Shown here: piece after piece, positions 34,207 through 42,740 of the stretch
Position numbering within the stretch: the stretch's first letter is position 1
How the letters are laid out: the number at the start of each line of letters is the position of its first letter
Assembly (NCBI GenBank): GCA_041622995.1
Contig: JBFJXR010000009.1
Location: forward strand, 120-64,119
Origin: Nevskiales bacterium
GTDB lineage: Bacteria > Pseudomonadota > Gammaproteobacteria > Nevskiales > CAJXLF01
Direction of reading: 5' to 3'
Length of the DNA stretch: 64,000 nt
Position numbers and translations under genes: made by a program
Notes under the pieces: generated by a model
The model's input: the letters and a program-made list of their open reading frames with translations, nothing else
The model's database searches: none
Told to the model about the DNA's origin: nothing

Positions 34207-37182
34207 ATGATGTCTTTCATTTCATCGTTGCAGCCTCGTTGCTGTTTGGTGATTTCTCCGTCCGTATCATCCGCGGGCTTGCCCAAACGTCTTTGCCGGT
34301 GGTTTCTTCTGGGTGGCATGTTGTTGCTGGCACCCCTTTCATGGGCACAAACGATAACGCTCTCAGGCAATGCCGTGGGGGTGAGTGATGACGGTGAATG
34401 CTCCCTCATAGAAGCCATCGATAACGCGAATGCGGACAGTAACGTAAACCAGCCCAACGCACGTTATTTTTACGGAGAAGGCAATCGAAGCCATGACGAC
34501 TGCCCGGCAGGCAATGGGGCCGACACGATCGAGCTGGCCAGCGGTGATTATCAGGTTACCGGTGCTGACAATTTCTGGTATGGGCCTAACGGTCTGCCAG
34601 CGATTACATCAGATATTACGATTCAGGGGCATGCCGATGGCAGCCGGATTTGCCGGTCAGACGGCAACGCCTGTATCAAGGGCAGCAGCCAGGCCGCCCC
34701 CAAGTTCCGATTGTTCTTTGTGGCCTCCGAGCTCACCCCGACTTCTGACGGCACAACGCTTTCGAACCTGAGCCGTGGAACCTTGCGCCTGAATGACCTG
34801 ACCCTGTCCGGGGGTAGGGCTGAGGGCGGTAAAGGAGGACCTGGGTGGGCTAGATATTGGGCTAACGGTGCAGGGGGTGCGGGTCTAGGCGGTGCGATCT
34901 ATAACCAGGGCACACTCGATATTCGTCGCAACTTATTGACGTTCAACCAGGCGCGGGGAGGTAATGCTGGTCTTGATTCTAGAGTTACTTATCATGGCTC
35001 GCATAATAACGAATATGAGATTGTCGCCGGAAATGGGGGCCTTGGAGGTGATGCAGATCAGAACTACTCATTCACACCCGGTGGCGGCGGCGGTTTTGGC
35101 GGGCAGGGAATGGATGGGGGCGGTGGATTCCAGATCGACGCCGATGCAAATGGTGGTGGGGCCGGCTTGCAAAGCGCGCCTACTGCTACGGGAGACGGAG
35201 GTGGACCCGGGGGTGGGGCTGCCGGAGATAATGGTGTAAGGGGTGGTGATGGTCATCCTGCCGGCGGAGGCGGCGGTAGGGGGGATACAGATACAAATGG
35301 TGGGCATGGTGGTTTCGGTGCAGGTGGCGGTGCTGCGGGGGAGTCTTGCAAAGATGTTGCTGTTCGGGGAGGGGATGGCGGTTTTGGTGGTGGGGGTGGC
35401 GGTAGACAGTGGTACGAATGTTATGTACCTAATCTTAATGACTTATTTTTCCTCTCTGGCGGCGGCAATGGCGGGGTAGGCGGCGGAGGTGGTGCTGGTG
35501 GCGCTGGCGGCTATGGGGGCGGTAATGGCGGATTTGGCGGCGGACAGACTGGCGCCCCGGGCAATGGGTACGGCGGCGCGATTTTCAACGAGGCCGGTAC
35601 GATCACCCTGTTAAACACGACGCTATCCGGTAACTCTGCAGCCAATGGCCAGGCCCGGGGTGGCGCGCTGTATAACCTCAATGGTGAAGTCAGCCTTGCC
35701 TACTCCACCTTGGCCAATAATATTGTAGAGGGCAGTACTCCCAGGGGTGGAGCCGTCTATAACCAGTTCCTGGCAAAACCGGGCTCCCCGGCTGCGGACA
35801 GTATCCTGGCTGCCGCGGATATGGGCATGACGATCAAGGCCAGCATTCTGGGCGGCTCCCTGGATGATCAGGGCGGTGTTATCCAGGATTGTCATAACGA
35901 TGCTGGCACGCTGACCAGCCAGGGTTTCAATATTGTTAATGATGTGGGCAGTTGCACCTTTGGCCAGGCTACCGACCAGGTTGCCAAGCCCGGTCTTCTG
36001 GCGCTGGCAGATAATGGTGGGCCCACGCTTTCACATCGGCCTGAATATTTCAGCCCCGCAGTCGGCAATGCCGATGCGAACGATTATCCGGCAACGGATC
36101 AGCGTGGTATAGCACGTGATAGTGCGCCCGACAGTGGTGCCCTCGAGATTCCATCCATAGAGATTCAGGATGCCCAGGTGTCCGAGGGTAACTCAGGTAT
36201 CACTACCCTGGGCATTCCCGTAAGGATTACGCAGGACCCTGACAGTGACGTTTTCCTGGAATGCAGCACGGCTGATGACAGCGCAACAGTTGCCGACAAT
36301 GATTATGCCCCCGTGAATGGCCAGAATTTGACTATCCCCGGAGCCGGTAACATCACGTCAATAATATTTGATGTTTCAGTCATCGGGGATAATGCCAAGG
36401 AGAGTGATGAGCAGTTCCTGGTGAGCTGCGGCAATGTGGCCGGGGCTGGATTACATGATGGGCAGGGCATTGGCACGATCATCAACGATGATGGCCTTTC
36501 CGCCGGCACACCGGATAGCCAGACGACCCTGGACAAGAACGGGAATACGGTGACATTCAGTACCAGCGCCGGCAAGATCATGAACCTGCAGCCAATCGCC
36601 ACACCGGCGGGTGTGCCGCCAAACCGCGACTATCCTAACGGTTTTTTCAGCCTGGATATTACCGGTTTGGCAATCGGCCAGCGCGTGCAACTCACCATTG
36701 ACCTGGCGCCTGGTAGTGCGCCCACGGAAGTCATCAAGTGCACGCCAGCGGGATGTGTTCCCTATCCGGCTTTCTTTAGCGGTGATTCGGTCACGATTAC
36801 GCTCACGGATGGCGATGAAGGTGATGCCGATGGACAGGCTAACGGTGTAATCCACGACCCGGTGGCACCCGCGACCGCTGCAGTTACAACAGGTCCCCCC
36901 GGCCCGGCGGGGCCAAGCGGTGCTGATGGTGCCGCTGGGCCTCAAGGTCCTGCAGGTGCAGATGGTGCCGCCGGGCCTCAAGGTCCTGCAGGCGCAGATG
37001 GTGCTGATGGTGCAGGTGATGCCGCCGGGCCTCAAGGTCCCTCTGGTGCAGATGGCAAGGATGGAGATGACGGTGCAACCTTTGGCTGCAGCCTGGGCCA
37101 GCCCGGTCAGGTGGGCATGGAACTGCCCCTGTTGCTGCTGCTCTCCCTGTGGATGCTGGCCGCCCGGCGACGCGCCAGATAG
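34207..37182 (+). CDS. giant secreted beta-helix protein: choice-of-anchor-Q/PMP-like repeats, Calx-beta, collagen-like tail and C-terminal sorting signal
   Basis: Signal peptide RWFLLGGMLLLAPLSWAQ. The CSLIEAIDNANAD...DCPAGNGADTIELASGDY head is typical of choice-of-anchor Q. GGAIYN/FNQA PMP-like repeats and Gly-rich runs follow. A Calx-beta module runs IQDAQVSEGNSG...DYAP...ESDEQF...INDDG. A DGDEGDADGQANGVIHDPVAP module is choice-of-anchor-U-like. GXY repeats ([21 protein letters not shown]...) precede the tail LPLLLLLSLWMLAARRRAR-stop. The start is uncertain (TTG 34162, or ATG 34207/34210). Confidence 0.8.
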   Translation: MMSFISSLQPRCCLVISPSVSSAGLPKRLCRWFLLGGMLLLAPLSWAQTITLSGNAVGVSDDGECSLIEAIDNANADSNVNQPNARYFYGEGNRSHDDCPAGNGADTIELASGDYQVTGADNFWYGPNGLPAITSDITIQGHADGSRICRSDGNACIKGSSQAAPKFRLFFVASELTPTSDGTTLSNLSRGTLRLNDLTLSGGRAEGGKGGPGWARYWANGAGGAGLGGAIYNQGTLDIRRNLLTFNQARGGNAGLDSRVTYHGSHNNEYEIVAGNGGLGGDADQNYSFTPGGGGGFGGQGMDGGGGFQIDADANGGGAGLQSAPTATGDGGGPGGGAAGDNGVRGGDGHPAGGGGGRGDTDTNGGHGGFGAGGGAAGESCKDVAVRGGDGGFGGGGGGRQWYECYVPNLNDLFFLSGGGNGGVGGGGGAGGAGGYGGGNGGFGGGQTGAPGNGYGGAIFNEAGTITLLNTTLSGNSAANGQARGGALYNLNGEVSLAYSTLANNIVEGSTPRGGAVYNQFLAKPGSPAADSILAAADMGMTIKASILGGSLDDQGGVIQDCHNDAGTLTSQGFNIVNDVGSCTFGQATDQVAKPGLLALADNGGPTLSHRPEYFSPAVGNADANDYPATDQRGIARDSAPDSGALEIPSIEIQDAQVSEGNSGITTLGIPVRITQDPDSDVFLECSTADDSATVADNDYAPVNGQNLTIPGAGNITSIIFDVSVIGDNAKESDEQFLVSCGNVAGAGLHDGQGIGTIINDDGLSAGTPDSQTTLDKNGNTVTFSTSAGKIMNLQPIATPAGVPPNRDYPNGFFSLDITGLAIGQRVQLTIDLAPGSAPTEVIKCTPAGCVPYPAFFSGDSVTITLTDGDEGDADGQANGVIHDPVAPATAAVTTGPPGPAGPSGADGAAGPQGPAGADGAAGPQGPAGADGADGAGDAAGPQGPSGADGKDGDDGATFGCSLGQPGQVGMELPLLLLLSLWMLAARRRAR

Positions 37183-37200
37183 GGCAGGCTATCAGCATTG

Positions 37201-37230
37201 AAAAGGCGGCCTGCGGGCCGCCTTTCTTTT
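37201..37230 (+). terminator. rho-independent terminator
   Basis: Stem ggcggcc-tgcg-ggccgcc followed by tttctttt. Confidence 0.8.
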
Positions 37231-37343
37231 GCGTGACTATTGCGTGAACCGGTTATATATAGTTCTGCACAGTAGTGGAAAAGCAACGAACGTCCCGCAT
37301 TATTTAAGCAAGTAAAACAATAAGTTAAGCGCGAATTGCCGTC

Positions 37344-37387
37344 CTCATAATGCTGGGGTCGGTGGTTCGAGTCCACCCGTACCACCA
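37344..37387 (+). repeat. tRNA-Met 3' fragment, copy 3 (degenerate)
   Basis: CTCATAATGCTGGGGTCGGTGGTTCGAGTCCACCCGTA-CCACCA. Compared with copy 1 it has one substitution and a 1-nt deletion in the acceptor. Confidence 0.75.
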
Positions 37388-37399
37388 TTAATTCAATAA

Positions 37400-38068
37400 T
37401 TAAGTTCCGTCTTTGTCGGTTGTGACGTCGAGATCAGTTGGCTTGTCCTTATTCGCCTGCACGCCGTCGAACATCCGATGAATCATCCAGCTATATCGCT
37501 CGATGATCTTTTCCTTATTGCTATCGCCATCGTCCATTAACTGAAACCCTCCCCAAAATGCCATAACCAGCATCCATGCCATGGGTTTTGCGGCTTCCAA
37601 ATCCAGTTCAAAAGCTTTAGCGATACTGGGTGCCCAGATATTGGTAACTAGATGTCGCATGCTGCGGGCAAAGGGGCTCAGGTCGCTACCCTCGGAATAG
37701 GGTGTGGATAGCACCTTTAGCAAGGCCTTTGATCGTCCCGGAGGCAAGTTGAGAGTAGCCCCAAGTCCCTCAGACAGTACTTCCTGTATCGACGACTGGG
37801 GATAGCTGGCAGAGGCTGCGATGGTTTCCAGATAGGTTTTCTGAAAAAGGTAGGTGGCGGTTTCCACCATCAGGTCTTGCAGCTTGGGGAAGTGTATATG
37901 GATTAGCTGCCGGGTGATGCCACTTCGTTTTGCCAGTCCGCTGATAGACAGCGCCTCCCAGCCTTCGTTATCCACCATCTCCGCAGCTGATTTCACAATC
38001 GCCTTTTTGCGATCTTTCGCAGAAAGGTTGCGACGTTTGGGCGTGGGTTTACTGGTGGCTTTAGACAT
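37400..38068 (-). CDS. TetR-family transcriptional regulator
   Basis: HTH LSISGLAKRSGITRQLIHIHFPKLQDL. It is divergent from the lipoprotein/collagen-like operon. Confidence 0.88.
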   Translation of the reverse strand: MSKATSKPTPKRRNLSAKDRKKAIVKSAAEMVDNEGWEALSISGLAKRSGITRQLIHIHFPKLQDLMVETATYLFQKTYLETIAASASYPQSSIQEVLSEGLGATLNLPPGRSKALLKVLSTPYSEGSDLSPFARSMRHLVTNIWAPSIAKAFELDLEAAKPMAWMLVMAFWGGFQLMDDGDSNKEKIIERYSWMIHRMFDGVQANKDKPTDLDVTTDKDGT

Positions 38069-38116
38069 GTGCAGGTAAGGATTTTACTCAAGAATATTAA
38101 AGTTCCCAAGTATGCA

Positions 38117-38133
38117 TTTTACACCATGTAAAA
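38117..38133. promoter_or_regulatory. inverted repeat TTTTACA-N3-TGTAAAA, candidate TetR operator
   Basis: Perfect 7-3-7 palindrome in the divergent intergenic region. Confidence 0.5.
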
Positions 38134-38178
38134 AAGTTGCGTTGTGGGTTGTGCTGTTGTAGGCTGAAATGAGGCTTA

Positions 38179-38193
38179 TTTACAAATAGTAAA
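38179..38193. promoter_or_regulatory. second related inverted repeat TTTAC-N5-GTAAA
   Basis: It has the same half-site as 38117..38133 and lies 55 nt upstream of the lipoprotein start. Confidence 0.4.
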
Positions 38194-38247
38194 AAATTGT
38201 ATTGGCGGGCTTGGAAGCAACTGTCGATACGGGTGAGGAAGGTGTTG

Positions 38248-38595
38248 ATGAAAAAATCAACGAAGAAAATCCGCTTATGGCTGCTGTGTTTTGCTTTTTT
38301 ATTTCTGACAGCCTGTTTTGATCTGGGCAGTGTTACAGGCAAAAGCGGCAAGTCATCAGGTGGCTCGGGAACTGCTAGTTCAGGCGCGCCTACTACTCAA
38401 CCGCCCAATGATCCGGCTCCCGCTGACCCAGCACCAACATATCCTGGCGACCCACCTGTCGTAACCGTTAATGATTCTGAAACGCTTTCCTCGCCGCAGA
38501 TTCAGGTCCAGATGCTTCCGGGGTTCGTCACCATAAGTTCCACACCCATGCGCTCTGAGAATTACCAGGTCGTATTCGCTCTGAAGGGAGAATAG
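38248..38595 (+). CDS. small lipoprotein, Pro-rich, unknown function (first gene of the collagen-like operon)
   Basis: MKKSTKKIRLWLLCFAFLFLTAC contains a lipobox. The stop lies 3 nt before the next start. Confidence 0.75.
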   Translation: MKKSTKKIRLWLLCFAFLFLTACFDLGSVTGKSGKSSGGSGTASSGAPTTQPPNDPAPADPAPTYPGDPPVVTVNDSETLSSPQIQVQMLPGFVTISSTPMRSENYQVVFALKGE

Positions 38596-38598
38596 GTC

Positions 38599-39411
38599 AT
38601 GTCCTTATCAATGAACGTATGTGTAAGAAGTTTACTATTCGGACTGTTCTTTCTTTCAATTGCTGCTCATGCAGATGTGCCCACACTGTTTCAGAAAACA
38701 GGTCGTGCAGTGGACGCAAATACGGGCCAGCCACTGCAAGGCGCACATGATGTCACTATCAGGTTATATGAAGGCGATGGCGCGCCGGTAACGGCGGCAT
38801 TCTTTACCCACACGGAAACCCTAGAATTTGTGAACGGTGTTTTCACGGTAACAGGTCATGTGGACGATGTCCTTCGACAGACTTTGCGCGATGGTGCGGA
38901 TGTGTATCTGGGGCTGCAGATCGATGCTCATCAGGAGCTAACGCCTCGATTACCCGTCACCGCAGCGTTTTATGCACAGCTTGCTCGTGATGTGTCAGGG
39001 GATATTCATCCGAAATCCGTTATCGTGAATGGTCTGCCGGTTATTGATATTAATGGTCAGTGGGTGGGTGACCCTGCTGGCTTGATTGGACCGCAGGGTG
39101 AGCCGGGTCCTATCGGACCGAAGGGTGATCAGGGTGACCCGGGCGGACCACCAGGCCCGGCGGGGCCAGAGGGTCCGCAAGGAGAAGTCGGGCCACCGGG
39201 CCCCGAAGGGCCGCAAGGACCTGAGGGAATACAAGGCGTGCAGGGGCCACAGGGTGATGCAGGACCCCAGGGGCCGCAGGGTGACCCAGGGCCGCAAGGT
39301 CCGCAGGGTGAAGCGGGCTTAAATGGGGGCAATTGCACCATTTCCCAGTGCTCACAGAGAGCGGCCATATTGGAGTGCGAGAACTTTCCCGCAGTGGCAG
39401 TGAGATGCTGA
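38599..39411 (+). CDS. secreted collagen-like triple-helix repeat protein 1
   Basis: Signal peptide ...[10 protein letters not shown]. An N-terminal ~140-aa globular domain is followed by about 27 G-X-Y triplets with a one-residue interruption, and a C-terminal Cys motif NCTISQCS...C...C. Confidence 0.85.
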   Translation: MSLSMNVCVRSLLFGLFFLSIAAHADVPTLFQKTGRAVDANTGQPLQGAHDVTIRLYEGDGAPVTAAFFTHTETLEFVNGVFTVTGHVDDVLRQTLRDGADVYLGLQIDAHQELTPRLPVTAAFYAQLARDVSGDIHPKSVIVNGLPVIDINGQWVGDPAGLIGPQGEPGPIGPKGDQGDPGGPPGPAGPEGPQGEVGPPGPEGPQGPEGIQGVQGPQGDAGPQGPQGDPGPQGPQGEAGLNGGNCTISQCSQRAAILECENFPAVAVRC

Positions 39412-40637
39412 TAAGTAACCTTTACAGGGTCACGCTGAGTCGTCTGCGGGAATGGTTCGTGTTTGAACCGGCCTTTACTGCCGTAAGGCGCTTACTGCTG
39501 GTTTCGCTGTTGTTTGCGGGCACCGCCCATGCCGGTGTGCCTGCCCTGTTCCAGAACACCGGGCGGGCAATTGACACAAATACAGGCGAGCCTCTTCAGG
39601 GGGCACAGTTGGTCACCCTGCGATTATATGACGTTGCAGCTGCGCCACTGGCGGATGCCGTTTTTACTCATGTCGAGACGATTGTATTTACGGATGGCGT
39701 GTTTACCGTGACGGCAGCCATTGACGACATGCTGAGAGAAAACCTGCGATCGGGCGGGCAGATTTACCTCGGCTTGCAGATCAATCACGACGAAGAAATG
39801 CAGCCACGGCAAGCAGTGGGCACCCAGTTTTTTACCCAGCTGGCGCATGATGTGTCGGGGGATATCCACCCGAAATCAGTGGTCGTGAATGACGCGCCAG
39901 TCATTAATGAGACGGGCAAATGGGTGGGGGATATCGCAGCATTCACCGGCCCACAAGGTGATCCAGGGCCTACCGGACCCAAGGGTGATCAAGGTGAGGC
40001 GCAAGGGCCAGAAGGCCCACCGGGACCGCAGGGCGTGCCTGGCGATATGGGCCCGCAAGGGCCGGTGGGTCAGCGTGGTGTTCAGGGGCCGCCGGGTGCA
40101 AAAGGGATTCCGGGTGTGCAGACAGGGCCAAAAGGCATCCAGGGGCCAGAGGGCCTGCAAGGTTTAACGGGCGCCTCTGGGGCTACTTGCAGTATCTCGC
40201 AGTGCTCATTTCCGGGCACCGTTACCCTTTCATGCGGTGGGCAGGATTATGTTGACCTGGTGTCGTTCCCGGAGTTGGATGTGAGCGCCATCGAGGCGCC
40301 ACCGCCTTTTGTGGCGGGGAGTTTTCCTTTGGTGATAGATGCACGCCCCCTTGTAAGAAAACACTGTGGTGAGGTGGTGCCGGATCATTCGGATCTCTTG
40401 TTTGAATGGGTCTGCCAGGGGCAGTCTGCCGAGTTTGCGACCGTATGCACCAAGGACTCTGATGGCTGGGATGCGCTGGCCTATGATGAGAACTTCGACT
40501 ACCAGAGAATCGAGTGGGTTCCTCAGAGCAACGTAAGATATGCAATATCACTCACGATTTACGATACCACCGACGCCGCCTTCGGATATGAAACTTCCAT
40601 CCAAATCATCTGGGAATTTGAAACTACGGCGACGTGA
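39405..40637 (+). CDS. secreted collagen-like triple-helix repeat protein 2 (paralogue, with an extra ~150-aa C-terminal domain)
   Basis: ATG 39405 overlaps the upstream stop (ATGCTGA). The N-terminal domain is homologous to protein 1 ([23 protein letters not shown]...IYLGLQI...[11 protein letters not shown]). About 26 GXY triplets are followed by TCSISQCS and then a Cys-containing globular tail. Confidence 0.85.
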   Translation: MLISNLYRVTLSRLREWFVFEPAFTAVRRLLLVSLLFAGTAHAGVPALFQNTGRAIDTNTGEPLQGAQLVTLRLYDVAAAPLADAVFTHVETIVFTDGVFTVTAAIDDMLRENLRSGGQIYLGLQINHDEEMQPRQAVGTQFFTQLAHDVSGDIHPKSVVVNDAPVINETGKWVGDIAAFTGPQGDPGPTGPKGDQGEAQGPEGPPGPQGVPGDMGPQGPVGQRGVQGPPGAKGIPGVQTGPKGIQGPEGLQGLTGASGATCSISQCSFPGTVTLSCGGQDYVDLVSFPELDVSAIEAPPPFVAGSFPLVIDARPLVRKHCGEVVPDHSDLLFEWVCQGQSAEFATVCTKDSDGWDALAYDENFDYQRIEWVPQSNVRYAISLTIYDTTDAAFGYETSIQIIWEFETTAT

Positions 40638-40741
40638 AGTCGTCGAGGCTGCATTGCATTATGCAGTCATATCGATAGTATCTTTTTCTAGTTGCCATGG
40701 TCCTTGGCTTTCAGGTTGTCGTAATTGAAGGCTTTGTCATT

Positions 40742-41197
40742 TCACTCAAACCAGCCTCGGGGGTCATACCAGGGGTGTTCGACCTTCTTGAGATTCTTGT
40801 CATCATGGCGTTCTTCAGCGCGTGCTTGGCCCCGGGTTGAATCAGGATCTGACTGGCGGTTACTGTTTGGGTTACTGTCGTCGACCTTATCTGGGTTTTT
40901 GACGCTCCAACTCCATGGCTTATACCAGCTTGATTCCTCGTTAAAATTCTTCTTGTCTGCGTGGTGCTTGTTCTTTTTTCCATTATTACCGTTGTCTCCC
41001 TGACTGCTCTGAACGAACCTGTTTGAACTGTCATATTTGCCCCGACCTTCAGTAAAGTCATAACCCGCTTTTATCAGGTAATCCGGGTGGCCGTTATTCT
41101 CCTGAGGGAGTTCACTTTCGCTTTCGGCAACAACGCTAAGGGAAAAGGCCATGAGTATGGTGGCCATGGTTGTAAGGATATATTTTTTGGAATTCAT
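40742..41197 (-). CDS. secreted low-complexity K/N/D-rich protein, unknown function
   Basis: MNSKKYILTTMATILMAFSLSVVA signal peptide. GGAGA SD lies upstream. Trp motifs WYKPWSW and PWYDPRGW are present. Confidence 0.65.
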   Translation of the reverse strand: MNSKKYILTTMATILMAFSLSVVAESESELPQENNGHPDYLIKAGYDFTEGRGKYDSSNRFVQSSQGDNGNNGKKNKHHADKKNFNEESSWYKPWSWSVKNPDKVDDSNPNSNRQSDPDSTRGQARAEERHDDKNLKKVEHPWYDPRGWFE

Positions 41198-41402
41198 TTT
41201 GGTACATTCTCCTTCGTCTTTAATTGGGTGCAGCATGACCCCTCACGGCATCGGTGTCTGTGCGGTTTCGCTCATACCTGAATAAAGCTGCTTGGGCTTC
41301 ACAGAGTTTGAACCAGTAAGTGTTGATGCTTTTGAGGTTATCGACTGTGGCATTACTTGTTGCCGCAGCAACCTGCCGTGTTCTTTGGGCAATCGCACCA
41401 AG

Positions 41403-41434
41403 AAAAAACCCGCACAACTGGCGTTGAGCGGGTT
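41403..41434 (-). terminator. rho-independent terminator after the ompA-like gene
   Basis: On the minus strand, aacccgc-N14-gcgggtt is followed by T6. Confidence 0.7.
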
Positions 41435-41478
41435 CAATAACTATATCGAAGTCTGCCATTACCTGGCCTGTTTGCAGG

Positions 41479-42609
41479 TTACCTCTTGGAGGTGCCTGTG
41501 ACTTCTACTTCAACGCGACGATCGGGTTGCAGACATGCGATCATTTGCCGAGATCCGCCTGTACCGCGGCATTCACCAGGTTTTGTCACAGGCTCATTGC
41601 CATCAACGCCCCGGGTCTGGATTTTGCCAGACGGCACATTTGCAGACATCACCAGGTAGTCCCTGACGGCCTCTGCACGACGCTCCGAAAGTTCCATGTT
41701 GTAGGCGTGTGAGCCAAGACGGTCAGAATGTCCTGTCACCCGAATGAGGTCATAGTCTGTGCCCCTCAAATCCGCTGCAAATGCATCGAGCGCCTGTTTG
41801 CCTGCTGGCTTTAAGATCGCCTTGTCGAAATCGAACAGCGCATCCGCGGAGAATGCTACCTTGGTCGGTGGTGGTGGCGGTGGTGGCGCCGGTGCTGGTG
41901 CTGGTGCAGGTTTAGGCGGTGCCACGTAGGGTGCCCGTGGTGGTGCCTGGGCAACAACCGGCACCTCTGCAGCAAAGCGATACACCAGGCCGAGCGTGAT
42001 GACATCGACATCTTCATCGAAACCCACGGTCTCATCGATCAGATAGCGTTCAAATTCGGCACGCATGGCCCAGGCATCAGTGAAGGCATATTGAATGCCC
42101 GCCCCGATCTTGGGATTCCAGTCGCGATCCTTGTTGTTGGACGGCATCGGCGCCAGACCTGTGTTGCTGTAGCCGGTACGGGACTCGGCATAGGTTGCGC
42201 CAATTCGACCAATCGAGGAAAACCTTTCAGTGAGGGGTAAAATACCGACGGCATCAAGATTCAGGCCCCTGACGCTGAGATCGCCACTCTGTGTGCCTGC
42301 CGGCACCGTGCTTGCCTCATAGCCGAAATCACCCAGATCGAAGAAACCGCCTTCCAGAGCAAAATGTCGGTTGAACTGGTACCCGCCAAATATTTTATAG
42401 GCGAAGTCGTCCTTTTCCTCATCAATCGAGGTGGTGTTGAAACCCCCGCCTCGTAAGTTGCTTTTTACCCCTTTCCTGTCGATGTTCGCCTCTGCCTGGC
42501 CAGCATTGCCGCCCATGTACCAGCCGGTATCATCGGCCATTAGAGGAGGGCTTGCGATGGCGACCAGTGCCAGCAAACTCAGCGGGCCTGATGTTCTTGA
42601 TAATTTCAT
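41479..42609 (-). CDS. OmpA-family outer-membrane protein: N-terminal beta-barrel, Pro-rich hinge, OmpA_C peptidoglycan-binding domain
   Basis: Signal peptide MKLSRTSGPLSLLALVAIASPPLMA. Hinge PKPAPAPAPAPPPPPPP. OmpA_C motifs are FDFDKA, TGHSDRLGS..YN..LSERRA. GGAG lies 7 nt before ATG 42609. Confidence 0.9.
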   Translation of the reverse strand: MKLSRTSGPLSLLALVAIASPPLMADDTGWYMGGNAGQAEANIDRKGVKSNLRGGGFNTTSIDEEKDDFAYKIFGGYQFNRHFALEGGFFDLGDFGYEASTVPAGTQSGDLSVRGLNLDAVGILPLTERFSSIGRIGATYAESRTGYSNTGLAPMPSNNKDRDWNPKIGAGIQYAFTDAWAMRAEFERYLIDETVGFDEDVDVITLGLVYRFAAEVPVVAQAPPRAPYVAPPKPAPAPAPAPPPPPPPTKVAFSADALFDFDKAILKPAGKQALDAFAADLRGTDYDLIRVTGHSDRLGSHAYNMELSERRAEAVRDYLVMSANVPSGKIQTRGVDGNEPVTKPGECRGTGGSRQMIACLQPDRRVEVEVTGTSKR

Positions 42610-42740
42610 GTTGTTCTCCAATTATTGTGTTGCTTGCTTCGGCTTTTTAGGGTGCTGCCGCTTTTGTAGTAGGCCCGAATGTCGGGCTAATCGATGTTGC
42701 TAAAGTACTTGCGTATGTCCAGTCCTGGAGTGGGGCAGGT

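Noticed and set aside
41220-41459. 79-aa minus-strand ORF between the ompA-like gene and the secreted-protein gene.
   Set aside because: It contains the ompA rho-independent terminator (41403-41434) in its middle. It has only a weak SD and no recognisable motif.
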